Positions 29,344 through 41,659 are shown, counted from the stretch's first letter. The stretch: 64,000 nucleotides of DNA from Eledone cirrhosa (GCA_964016885.1 OZ024746.1:77872001-77936000); one strand, 5' to 3'. Numbers and translations: made by a program. Notes: generated by a model not told the origin, from the letters alone.

Positions 29344-31738
29344 AAAGCACTGGATATGTAGTCCTGATGAATTCTAACAAGAATGAAACGCGTAGACTTA
29401 CTTCCCTTGCTTTTATCGAGAATCTAATTGTAATACGTGACGTATTCTATTCTATAGCGATTAGGTCTTCAAAATGTTTATTATAAACATACAGAATATT
29501 TTCGAATATTCTATGTCTATATTCACATATATATCGCTATTTCAGAGCATTTATTCCAATTTCTAATTTCTGCCGGACCGGCAACCGCTCTTTCAAACCA
29601 GTTCCTGTACACAGCTAAGTATTCTATAAGTCTCTAGCTGTGTCATTCTCGATAAAAGCACTGGATATGTAGTCCTGATGAATTCTAACAAGAATGAAAC
29701 GCGTAGACTTACTTCCCTTGCTTTTATCGAGAATCTAATTGTAATACGTGACGTATTCTATTCTATAGCGATTAGGTCTTCAAAATGTTTATTATAAACA
29801 TACAGAATATTTTCGAATATTCTATGTCTATATTCACATATATATCGCTATTTCAGAGCATTTATTCCAATTTCTAATTTCTGCCGGACCGGCAACCGCT
29901 CTTTCAAACCAGTTCCTGTACACAGCTAAGTATTCTATAAGTCTCTAGCTGTGTCATTCTCGATAAAAGCACTGGATATGTAGTCCTGATGAATTCTAAC
30001 AAGAATGAAACGCGTAGACTTACTTCCCTTGCTTTTATCGAGAATCTAATTGTAATACGTGACGTATTCTATTCTATAGCGATTAGGTCTTCAAAATGTT
30101 TATTATAAACATACAGAATATTTTCGAATATTCTATGTCTATATTCACATATATATCGCTATTTCAGAGCATTTATTCCAATTTCTAATTTCTGCCGGAC
30201 CGGCAACCGCTCTTTCAAACCAGTTCCTGTACACAGCTAAGTATTCTATAAGTCTCTAGCTGTGTCATTCTCGATAAAAGCACTGGATATGTAGTCCTGA
30301 TGAATTCTAACAAGAATGAAACGCGTAGACTTACTTCCCTTGCTTTTATCGAGAATCTAATTGTAATACGTGACGTATTCTATTCTATAGCGATTAGGTC
30401 TTCAAAATGTTTATTATAAACATACAGAATATTTTCGAATATTCTATGTCTATATTCACATATATATCGCTATTTCAGAGCATTTATTCCAATTTCTAAT
30501 TTCTGCCGGACCGGCAACCGCTCTTTCAAACCAGTTCCTGTACACAGCTAAGTATTCTATAAGTCTCTAGCTGTGTCATTCTCGATAAAAGCACTGGATA
30601 TGTAGTCCTGATGAATTCTAACAAGAATGAAACGCGTAGACTTACTTCCCTTGCTTTTATCGAGAATCTAATTGTAATACGTGACGTATTCTATTCTATA
30701 GCGATTAGGTCTTCAAAATGTTTATTATAAACATACAGAATATTTTCGAATATTCTATGTCTATATTCACATATATATCGCTATTTCAGAGCATTTATTC
30801 CAATTTCTAATTTCTGCCGGACCGGCAACCGCTCTTTCAAACCAGTTCCTGTACACAGCTAAGTATTCTATAAGTCTCTAGCTGTGTCATTCTCGATAAA
30901 AGCACTGGATATGTAGTCCTGATGAATTCTAACAAGAATGAAACGCGTAGACTTACTTCCCTTGCTTTTATCGAGAATCTAATTGTAATACGTGACGTAT
31001 TCTATTCTATAGCGATTAGGTCTTCAAAATGTTTATTATAAACATACAGAATATTTTCGAATATTCTATGTCTATATTCACATATATATCGCTATTTCAG
31101 AGCATTTATTCCAATTTCTAATTTCTGCCGGACCGGCAACCGCTCTTTCAAACCAGTTCCTGTACACAGCTAAGTATTCTATAAGTCTCTAGCTGTGTCA
31201 TTCTCGATAAAAGCACTGGATATGTAGTCCTGATGAATTCTAACAAGAATGAAACGCGTAGACTTACTTCCCTTGCTTTTATCGAGAATCTAATTGTAAT
31301 ACGTGACGTATTCTATTCTATAGCGATTAGGTCTTCAAAATGTTTATTATAAACATACAGAATATTTTCGAATATTCTATGTCTATATTCACATATATAT
31401 CGCTATTTCAGAGCATTTATTCCAATTTCTAATTTCTGCCGGACCGGCAACCGCTCTTTCAAACCAGTTCCTGTACACAGCTAAGTATTCTATAAGTCTC
31501 TAGCTGTGTCATTCTCGATAAAAGCACTGGATATGTAGTCCTGATGAATTCTAACAAGAATGAAACGCGTAGACTTACTTCCCTTGCTTTTATCGAGAAT
31601 CTAATTGTAATACGTGACGTATTCTATTCTATAGCGATTAGGTCTTCAAAATGTTTATTATAAACATACAGAATATTTTCGAATATTCTATGTCTATATT
31701 CACATATATATCGCTATTTCAGAGCATTTATTCCAATT

Positions 31739-31739
<1 letters not shown>
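29339..31739 (+). repeat. Tandem array of ~7.7 x 311-bp hammerhead-bearing units (right arm, inverted relative to left arm)
   Basis: Reverse complement of the left-arm unit. CTGATGA occurs at 29364, 29675, 29986, 30297, 30608, 30919, 31230 and 31541. The arm ends at ...ttccaattt, running into (TA)n. Confidence 0.95.
29340..29422 (+). ncRNA. Minimal type-I hammerhead ribozyme (representative of 13 copies in the array)
   Basis: gtagtc-CTGATGA-attc[taacaa]gaat-GAAA-cgcg-TA-gacttac gives an intact catalytic core, a 4-bp stem II and a palindromic stem III (ACGCGT). Stem I is extended by attctcgataaaagca/tgcttttatcgagaat in full copies. Predicted GUA cleavage is after 29394. Confidence 0.88.
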
Positions 31740-31772
<33 letters not shown>

Positions 31773-32313
31773 CTTATTTCACTCATGCTTTCCATACATG
31801 TATGTGTATAATCATATATATAAAAGCTCATCTTACTCATACGTGGTTGACATTAGGAAGGACATCCAACAGTAGAAAATTTGGGGAAATACAGAATGTA
31901 TGACCAAGTAATGGCTATCTGATCTATCTTGTCTCTGACAATGACGGCAGTCCAGTCCAGTCCATGCCAAGGGGGGGGGGGCATTCCCCCCTTGGAAGTA
32001 ATGTGATGACAATGGGTGTGTGTTTACTGTTGTTTTGTGTAATGTATGAAGTGAGTGTATGAAAAGTAAACAGAAACAACAAAGCAAACAATAGAGTACA
32101 GTGAAGAAATATATTAGTTTAATGCTTGATTTTGTTAGGAAAAGAGTGTTAACGTTTCTGACACTAATCCTTCATCAGAAGACAGAATGTGAAATAAAAA
32201 GGTATAGAGTGAAAAAAACGTGTGTGTTCAGTCAGCCATTATTTTTTTAGTGGAGTAAGGGTAGATTCATATGTGTGTATATAAATATATATATGTATGT
32301 GTGTGTGTGTGTG

Positions 32314-32348
<35 letters not shown>

Positions 32349-32462
32349 ATGTATATACAAATATACATGTGTGTGTGTATTTGTTTCTTTGCTATTGTTA
32401 CTGAGTAATGTATGATGTGTATATATATATATATATATATATGATATATGATATATGATATG

Positions 32463-32509
<47 letters not shown>

Positions 32510-32512
<3 letters not shown>

Positions 32513-32662
32513 AGTGTAACTTGGAGTTACTGTAGGTTCGCCCGGGTGAGCACTCGGTTAAGATCGATACAGATCGAACCTTGAGCTGATCAGTGGTGAA
32601 ACACGTGTCACCTACCAATAAATGTAATGAAGGAGTAACCAATCGTCCTTGTTATCTGTTCA
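32510..32662 (+). mobile_element. CpG-rich structured island between (TA)n tracts with hammerhead-like 3' half (possible Penelope-like terminal repeat)
   Basis: gtaggt(32532)...GAAA-cacgtg-TC-acctac is followed by AATAAA (32617). The canonical CTGANGA box is missing, with tcgcccgggtga in its place. Confidence 0.45.
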
Positions 32663-32719
32663 ATATATATATATATATATATATATATGTTAAACGAAGA
32701 TGATGATATATATATATAT

Positions 32720-33066
32720 GGAGGCACATGGCTTAGTGGTTAGAGCATTGGCCTTGCAATCGAAAGGTTGTGAGTTCAATTCTCAGACCGGGTGATGTGT
32801 TGTTTCCTTGAGCAAGAAACTTTATTTCACATTGCTCCAGTTTACTCAGCTGTAGAAATGAGATGATAGGGACTGGGGTCCATATCATTCCACTGCAAAG
32901 TGGTCGTGGAGGTGCCACGGCAAAAAAGCACCCAGCACTCACTGTAAATGAGGTTGGTGTTAGAAAGGGCATCCAGCTGTAGAAATCAAGCCAGAGTCAG
33001 TTCCCGTCCCACCTTTGCAAGCAGGGAAAAAAGCGGATGTAAAATGAAATGATGATGAATGATGAT
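32720..33066 (+). mobile_element. SINE family B
   Basis: Same head, core and tail. Begins directly after (TA)n. Confidence 0.85.
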
Positions 33067-33083
33067 ATGTGTGTGTGTGAGTG

Positions 33084-33163
33084 TGTGTTTGCTTTTGTTT
33101 TGTGTAGTGTTTTATATATACATATATATATATAAAACACTACACAAAACAAAAGCAAACACA
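33084..33163. repeat. Perfect 37-bp inverted repeat centred on a TA microsatellite
   Basis: 33084-33120 is the reverse complement of 33127-33163, with a 6-nt spacer. Confidence 0.9.
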
Positions 33164-33522
33164 GATGTATGTGTGTGTGTGAGTGTTATGCTGATGTATG
33201 ATGAGTTCATGTATATATTTATATTATTTTAACCTGTTTCTTCAATTCAAGTGAGAGGGGATGCATCTGACAAAACACAAATTCTAACCTTTTGATGCTG
33301 ACCAACTGACATAGGTAAACCCCCCCCCCCCTGCAAGAAAGTAAATTACCTCCCCCTTCCTGCTGGAGAAAATAAGTATGAGAGGGAGGATGGCAACCAG
33401 AAAGAGACCAAGGAGAAGTTGATAACAAGGTTTGAGAATTGAGGTTGTGTGGTGATGGGGCAGGAGGAATTGTAGCTTGTGGGGGTTGTTGGTTGTTGTT
33501 GGTTGTTAGTCAGCATGTTCGA

Positions 33523-33565
<43 letters not shown>

Positions 33566-33765
33566 NNNNNNNNNNNNNNNNNNNNNNNNNNNNNNNNNNN
33601 NNNNNNNNNNNNNNNNNNNNNNNNNNNNNNNNNNNNNNNNNNNNNNNNNNNNNNNNNNNNNNNNNNNNNNNNNNNNNNNNNNNNNNNNNNNNNNNNNNNN
33701 NNNNNNNNNNNNNNNNNNNNNNNNNNNNNNNNNNNNNNNNNNNNNNNNNNNNNNNNNNNNNNNNN
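33566..33765. other. Assembly gap (200 N)
   Basis: Run of N flanked by (GA)n and (CAC)n. Confidence 0.99.
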
Positions 33766-34223
33766 GTCCACCATCACCATCCACCACCACCACCAGCACC
33801 ATCCACCACCACCACCACCATCATCATCACCACCCATCACTACTACCACCACCATCATCATCACCATCATCACCACCATCACCACCACCACCATCACCAT
33901 CCACCACCACCACCATCCACCACCACCACCACCATCACCATCATGGTCATTACCATTATCCTCCTCTTACTATCACTCACACTCTTTTAACATGATGTCA
34001 TCCCTGCTTATATATCCTTCACCTCGTCTGTGTCGGAAGCCGGGACACACTGTGTATGTGCTTCAACTTTGGCCTGTGCCCCCCCCCCCCCCCCCTCCGT
34101 GGGAAGTCGGGTCTTCTCTACATGTATAGAATCTCACAAACAGAAATCATCTTTGTAATTTTATGTCTGTTTCTCTGCTGGCATGGGCTGGGCAGTGAAT
34201 AGCTCTCATACATATATATGTGT

Positions 34224-34420
34224 GGGTGGTGGGTTGGCAGTATCGGTAGAGGGTCGGACGCCCATGCTTTCCAGCATAGTTACGTCCCTTTACGATCTGA
34301 GTTCAAATCCGCCGAGGTTAACTTTGCCTTTCATCCTTACGGGGGTCGATAAAATAAAGTACCAGTAATGTAATGCACTGGGTAATCGCTGGCCTTGTGC
34401 CTAAAGTAGAAACAGTTATA
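34224..34420 (+). mobile_element. SINE family A
   Basis: ttggcagtatcggtagagggtcggacg...gagttcaaatcc...aaagtagaaaca. Confidence 0.85.
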
Positions 34421-34557
34421 TATATATGTGTGTGTGTATGTAACTTATGTGTGTGTGTATATGTGTATGTGTGTGTCTCTCTTCTCTTCTCTCTCTCTCT
34501 CTCTTCTCTCTCTCTCCTCTCTCTCTCTTCTCTCTCTCTTCTCTCTCTCTCCTCTCT

Positions 34558-34593
<36 letters not shown>

Positions 34594-34749
34594 AGAGCGA
34601 TATTACTATCTCATCCCCTGGCATTCAAGATTTTCATTATGAAGGTGACTAAGATGATTCTAACTCTTTGTGTGTGTGTGTGTGTGCCTGCCTATGTATT
34701 TGCAAACAGTTGTGTCAGTGAATATTCTATTTAGTATTATTGTGGCAGT

Positions 34750-35532
34750 GATGGGCTGTGGGTTGGCAGCCATTACAATGTTGGATAAATGTGTGGCAGT
34801 ATTTTTTCTGCTCTTTATATTATGAGTTCAAATCCCGCCAAAGTAAACTTTGCATTCTTTCTGGGTTGATAAAGTGAAATACCAGTTAAATACTGGAGTT
34901 GATTTATTCCAGTTATCCCTCCCCACAAATTGTTGGCTGTGGGCCTAAATTGGAAATTATTATTAGGGTGGTGGCAGTATCGGTAGAGCATCAGACACCA
35001 TGCTTTGCAGCATAGAGTTATGGCCCTTTACGTTCTGAGTTCAAATCCTGTCGAGGTTAGCTTTGTCTTCCATCCTTATGGGGTTGATAAAATAAAGTAC
35101 CAGTAATGCACTGAGGTAATTGCTGGCCTTGTGCCAAAAGTAGAAACAATTATCAGGGTAGCTGTATCATTAGAGCAGTGGTTGTCAAGGGTTCCGCAAA
35201 GGAGTGTCTGGGGTTCTATGAAAAAAGGTAGAGGAATATATTTATATTACGACCATAAAACAGTATTAGACTTTGGGGTTCCCCCAAAAGTTTCTGAACC
35301 AAAAAGGGTTCCACATTTGAAAAAGTTTGGGAAACCCTGCATTAGAGCATTGGACAAGATGCTTTGTAGTGTTTAGTTATGGTCCTTTACATTTTAAGTT
35401 CAAATAGCGTTGAGATCATTTTTATCTTTCATTCTTCCATGGTCGATTAGAAAAAGTACTAGCTGTGTACTGGGGTCAATACTTTCCTCTTCCCCTAAAT
35501 TGCTGGCCTTGTGCCCAAAATAGAAACAATTA
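34750..35532 (+). mobile_element. Cluster of three SINE family A copies, the third split by a hAT MITE
   Basis: Copies at about 34750-34960, 34966-35152 and 35155-35532. Confidence 0.75.
35176..35339. mobile_element. hAT (Charlie-like) MITE with 8-bp TSD
   Basis: Termini cagtggttgtcaa...ttgggaaaccctg. Perfect 8-bp direct repeat cattagag at 35168-35175 and 35340-35347. Confidence 0.85.
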
Positions 35533-36799
35533 TTGCTGCTGCTGCTTTTCTTTCTTTTACATGTATAGCTTTACATTTACACAGCATAGATAATGTTCAT
35601 TTAATGAAACTATATCATACATAGGCTGTACTAGCATATATTGTTTGTTTCTGTTTGACATCCATTTTCGCCATTCACTAGAAATAGACATGTATGAAGG
35701 TAGCCTCCTCCTTCCCCACTGATGAATGTGTGTGGCTATCGGAGCATGGTTAATTTTACAGTTCAGGTAGCTCTCCTGTAAAACCTACTGAAGATGAGGG
35801 GATACATCAATCAATGTATAAATGCCTAATACAGAAACAAATGTATGATAAATTAGATGATTAACCACATTCATTTGTTGAAGTAATGTCATAAAAGAAT
35901 TTGATTCATCTCCATGAAAGTTTTGCTATTATATTATATTCTCCCAACTATGGAGAATATAGAAAATAAATTATGGTGAAATTTATATATTGTTATATCA
36001 TCATCATCATCACCATCATCGTTATTATCCTTTTATGTTTGTTTTTCTGTGCTTGCATGGGTTGGATAGGTCTTTCTAACACAACCTTCCACCAGTTGTT
36101 GTGTTCCTTTGTTAGCAACTATGGCAAATATATAAAAGAAATCATGGTGACTTTATGTATTGTTACATCATCATCATCATCATATGTTTGTTTTCCATGC
36201 TTGCATGGGTTGGACAGATCTTTCCAGTACAGCCTCCCTCCATTTGTCATTTTTTGTTTCTTTATTTCCCCTGTGAAGTTTAACATTTGGAGATCAGCTC
36301 TCACCACATCTGCCCAGGTCTACCTTGGTCTCCCTTTACTGCAGCTTCATTCATCTAGGATCTTTTGGTACTTCTTCACTCAGCAATCCTCATCCTATCA
36401 CAATTCCCCAAACCCACAGCCCATGGGGTGGTACTTTATTTATTGACCCTGAAAGGATGAAAGCCATAATTGACCTCAGCAGGACTTGAATACAGAATAT
36501 GTCGAAACACAACAAATAACACAATGTATTTAATCTAACTCTTGGTGATGATGATGATCATCATCATCATAGCAGCAAAGACATTTAAATTTCACTCTAG
36601 ACTACAATTTTTATATGGGTACTTGACTGGCGCTTTGTTTTATTGGCCCCAGCTGTAGAAATCTAGCCAGAAGCAATTCTGTATGAGCAGGATATGGTCA
36701 TCTGACCCATCTAACCCATGCTAGCATGGAAGGTGGACGTTAAACTGCGATGATGATATAAAGATGAAAGCTAAAATGGTCCTTACAAAGGAATAAAGT

Positions 36800-37062
36800 T
36801 TAATTCTTTTGATACCAAACTGTTTTGAGACAGACTGCCCTTGGTTTTATGATATTAAACTGTTTATTTTAAAATGCTTATATTTATCTGAAACCCTTCC
36901 ATAATAATTTTATGTAAGAACCTTTGTTATGTTCTAAACATAACTAACTTAAAAAACAGTTAGTTACATTATTAAATCCCTTCAAATTCTTGATTACTTT
37001 CAAAGTTATTTGAAAATCATAGGTAGTATCATTCATTAGAAATATGGTAACAAAAGGGTTAA
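36800..37062. mobile_element. piggyBac-like MITE family E
   Basis: ttaattcttttgatacca...tggtaacaaaagggTTAA. Related degenerate copies lie near 17290, 23353, 24290, 43890, 45794 and 50760. Confidence 0.7.
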
Positions 37063-37577
37063 CAATGTATGCAACACCTGATTTTTTACATCAATGTTTA
37101 TAACTGATAAGAATATAGGTCATAAAATGTATTGACTTTTCTCTGTAAAACTTCTGTCATCAAAACTATGTTGAAAATCATTAGTGCTGAAATCATTAAA
37201 AACTTTATTTCAATCAATTATTGTTTTTACAACAAAGGTAGTAGACACATTAATTGGCTATGTTTGTTCACAGTTGAGTGATTAGCATTAGGAAAGATAT
37301 CTGATGTGTCAGTAATACATATTGCTGCAATTCATATATAGATTATTCTGTGTATTTTCAGAATTAACATAACCTTGGCTATCTTAAAAAAATAAAATGT
37401 TAAGATGTTAAGTGAGAAGGGAAGGCAGGGGTCATTTTGAAATATATAAAGCACAGGGTGTGTGTTTGAGTATACCATATTTTCTTGTATATAATATGAG
37501 AAATTTTGAATTTGAATTGGTAAAAAAGAGGGGATGTATTATACATGAACATATGTTTTCTGAAATTTTTACTGAGC

Positions 37578-37804
37578 TTAACCCTTTAGCATTTAAACTG
37601 GCTGTATCCTGGCAGAATTCTCTCCTCTCGTTCTGCTCAAACTTGTTGTAACTGGCCACTCATACTAATGTTAAGGTATTGTTCTCAAAATAAATAATAT
37701 CAAAATCTCATAGATTTGATATTATGTGAGATAATTATAAAGTAAAGCCTTTACTGAGAAAATACAATAGTGTATATAGAGTAATGTAAATGCTAAAGGG
37801 TTAA
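37578..37804. mobile_element. piggyBac-like MITE family D, intact ends
   Basis: TTAA-ccctttagcattta...taaatgctaaaggg-TTAA. Confidence 0.88.
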
Positions 37805-37834
37805 AATATACTCATTTCAATTAAAACTCTAAAG

Positions 37835-38098
37835 TCTGTCTCAAGCCTGGAGATTCATCAGACCAGTGCTTATCTTGGTTTCCATGGCATGAAGTGACTG
37901 AGAGTACAAGATTCCTCTTGGACAGGATGCCAGTCCATTGCATCCAACTATTGCTGGTACTCATCTTTAGTTGAGTATACTGGAGTAACGTGAAATAAAC
38001 TGTTTTGCTTAAGACCACAACACACAACCCAGTCCAGGAATTGAGCCCATATTATGATTGTAAGTCCATCACCCTTACCAGTAGGCCACATGTCTTCA
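37835..38098 (-). mobile_element. SINE family C (tRNA head, Meta-domain-like core)
   Basis: Shares ggcatgaag.gactgaga.tacaaga.ttcct..tggacaggatgccagtccat with 51965-52236. The resemblance to the MetaSINE domain is recalled from memory, not from an alignment. Confidence 0.65.
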
Positions 38099-38789
38099 AT
38101 TATCAAGATTGCAAAAATATGTTGATAACAATTGTTTACAAATGGTACTTGTTTTATCAGCAATATTTGTTTGGGAATCTACATAATTGCAAGTCATTTT
38201 TCTCAAAGATAGAAAATTGAAATAGTGAATTAATAAAGGGTCTACATAATCAGTAGTTCAGTTATTTTACATTCTTTGTCATAAGAAATTGAATATTGCA
38301 GTGAAATATCTGTAAAATTTTGATGGATAACATAGTACAAGTTTACAAAAGAATTTAGATAGACATGGCTATATTTTGGTGTCCTAATATATTCTGGTTT
38401 TTATTTTTGGTTTTATTTTTAGCTTCAGAAACATGTCTCACACACAGACCATACTAAAGGTGTGGGTGGGTGGCTTAGTTGACAGCTGTAAATTATCTCT
38501 TTCACAATTATCATACCTTGGCTATCTTCATTTTACATCCATTTTTGTGTCCAGTTTGCATGGGTTGGACATACTTTTTTCCATCACATACTTTTTCCTT
38601 CACTTGTTGAGTTCTTTTGTGAGGTGCAGTGTTTTGAGGTCAGCTCTTGCCACTTCTATCCAGGTCTTCCCCAGACTTGTTTTAGCTTCACAAACAGGGC
38701 CAAACTACGGCTAAACACTCCTGCCCACACTACTACTGTTACCACTTCCAGCAACAACAACAACGATACCAACATTGTCATTGTTAAAG

Positions 38790-40925
38790 CAGTGAGATTA
38801 GATGGTGTTGTGGTGGTGGTATGCCTGGTGGAGGACCAGATAGTGTTGTGGTAGTATTGTTGGTGGTGGACTGGATGGTGTGGTGCTGGACTAGGTGGTG
38901 GTGGTATGGTTGGTGCTGGACTAAATGACATGGTGATGGTATGCCTGGTGCTGGACTAGATGGTATGGTGGTGGTGGTATGCCTGGCACTGGACTAGATG
39001 GTATGGTGGTGTTGGTGGTGGTATGCCTGGTGCTGGACTAGATTGTATGGTGGTGGTGGTGGTGGTATGCCTGGTGCTGGACTAGATGGTACTTTGGTGG
39101 TGGTGATATGCCTGGTGCTGGACTAGATTGTATGGTGGTGTTGGTGGTGGTATGCCTGGTGCTGGACTAGATTGTATGGTGGTGATGGTGGTGGTATGCC
39201 TGGTGCTGGACTAGATGGTACTTTGGTGATGGTGGTGGTATGGCTGGTGCTGGACTACATAGTGTGGTGGTGATGGTATGCCTGGTGCTAGACTAGATGG
39301 TATGTCTGGTGTGGTGGTGGTGGTGGTGTTGGTGATGGTATGCCTGGTGCTGGACCAGGTGGTGGTGGTGGTGGTGGTGGTGGTGGTTGGGGTGATATGC
39401 CTGGTACTGGGCTAGATGGTGTGGTGGTGGTGATGGTATGGCTGGCGTTGGACGTGATGGTGGTGGTACGCCAGGCGCTAGACTAGATGGTGATGGAGAT
39501 GGTGGTATGGCTGGTGTTGGATTAGATGGTGTGGTGGTGGTGGTGGTGGTATGGCTGGTGCTAGACTAGATGGTGATGGAGATGGTGGTATGGCTGGTGC
39601 TGGATTAGATGGTGTGGTGGTGGTGGTGGTGGTATGGCTGGTGCTAGACTAGATGGTGATGGAGATGGTGGTATGGCTGGTGTTGGATTAGATGGTGTGG
39701 TGGTGGTGGTGGTGGTATGGCTGGTGCTAGACTAGATGGTGATGGTGATGGTGGTATGGCTGGTGCTGGATTAGATGGTGTGGTGGTGGTGGTGGTGGTA
39801 TGGCTGGTGCTAGACTAGATGGTGATGGAGATGGTGGTATGGCTGGTGCTGGATTAGATGGTGTGGTTGTGGTGGTGGTGGTATGCCAGGTGCTAGACTT
39901 GATGGTGATGGTGGTATGGCTGGTGCTGGATTAGATGGTGTGGTGGTGGTGGTGGTGGTATGGCTGGTGCTAGACTAGATGGTGATGGAGATGGTGGTAT
40001 GGCTGGTGCTGGATTAGATGGTGTGGTTGTGGTGGTGGTGGTATGCCAGGTGCTAGACTTGATGGTGATGGTGGTATGGCTGGTGCTGGATTAGATGGTG
40101 TGGTGGTGGTGGTATGGCTGGTGCTAGACTAGATGGTGATGGAGATGGTGGTATGCCAGGTGCTAGACTAGATGGTGATGGAGATGGTTTTATGGCTGGT
40201 GGTGGTATGCCAGGTGCTAGACTAGATGGTGATGGTGATGGAGATGGTGGTATGGCTGGTGGTGGTATGCCAGGTGCTAGACGTGATGGTGATGGAGATG
40301 GTGGTATGGCTGGTGGTGGTATGCCAGGTGCTAGACTAGATGGTGATGGTGATGGAGATGGTGGTATGGCTGGTGGTGGTATGCCAGGTGCTAGACGTGA
40401 TGGTGATGGAGATGGTGGTATGGCTGGTGGTGGTATGCCAGGTGCTAGACTAGATGGTGATGGTGATGGAGATGGTGGTATGGCTGGTGGTGGTATGCCA
40501 GGTGCTAGACGTGATGGTGATGGAGATGGTGGTATGGCTGGTGGTGGTATGCCAGGTGCTAGACTAGATGGTGATGGTGATGGAGATGGTGGTATGGCTG
40601 GTGGTGGTATGCCAGGTGCTAGACGTGATGGTGATGGAGATGGTGGTATGGCTGGTGGTGGTATGCCAGGTGCTAGACTAGATGGTGATGGTGATGGAGA
40701 TGGTGGTATGGCTGGTGGTGGTATGCCAGGTGCTAGACGTGATGGTGATGGAGATGGTGGTATGGCTGGTGGTGGTATGCCAGGTGCTAGACGTGATGGT
40801 GATGGAGATGGTGATGGCTGGTGGTGGTATGCCAGGTGCTAGACTAGATGGAGATGGTGGTATGGCTGGTGCTGGATTAGATGGTGTGGTGCTGGTGGTG
40901 GTGGTATGGCTGGTGCTCTGCTAGA
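38790..40925. repeat. GGT-rich composite minisatellite (ggtatgcc.ggtgct.gactagatggt)
   Basis: Variable-length units. A higher-order 114-bp alternation gives the Gly/Asp ORF at 40114-40842. Confidence 0.9.
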
Positions 40926-41275
40926 TGGGGGAGAGGTGTAAGAGGCTGTATTACAAGTGAAGGTGAAGTCAATGTACTCTCAATGTTTGAACCATTTTAC
41001 TGCCATCATCATCTTGTTAGATGTTAAAGAAACAATTACTGCGAGTGAATGTCACACACATTCATGACGTTGTAATGTAGTTGCAGTTGTTCTGACACTG
41101 GTGACTCTAGTGACTCTGCCGACTCTGGCATATGAGGGCGAAAGAGAACTTCTCTCTACTGGGGAAATATGGGAGGGAGAGAGAGAGAATGAAAGGGAAT
41201 GTGTGATTGAGAAAGAGAGACTGGGAGGGAGAGAGAGCAACTGAGAGGTAAATAGAACTTCTCTCTAATGGTGAA

Positions 41276-41311
<36 letters not shown>

Positions 41312-41349
41312 CTGAGAGGCAGCAAGAGATACTGAGAATGAAAAGGAAA

Positions 41350-41387
<38 letters not shown>

Positions 41388-41659
41388 TACTGACAATGGA
41401 AGGGAAAGTGTTTGTGTGTGAGAGAGAGAAAGACTGAGAAGAAGCAAGAGAGCAACTGAGAGGGGAAGAGAGAGAGAGAGAATGGGAGGGAGAGAGAGAG
41501 AGGGGTGTGGTGGTAGAGACAAAAGAGTGTGATAATGCGAATCAGAAAAAAAAGAAGAAATATCACAAAAATGACTTCATGTTAAAAACTCTAAAATAAA
41601 TGTAGCTTCCATTATTACATTGTTATTAACATGTTGTCTAATGTTACTTTTAAAAGAAC

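Noticed and set aside
32720-32790. tRNA gene
   Set aside because: The A and B boxes belong to the head of multicopy SINE family B and do not form a complete cloverleaf.
40114-40842. 242-aa Gly/Asp/Met repeat ORF resembling a structural protein
   Set aside because: It is the in-frame stretch of a larger minisatellite whose neighbouring units shift frame and contain stops. No signal peptide or splice evidence.
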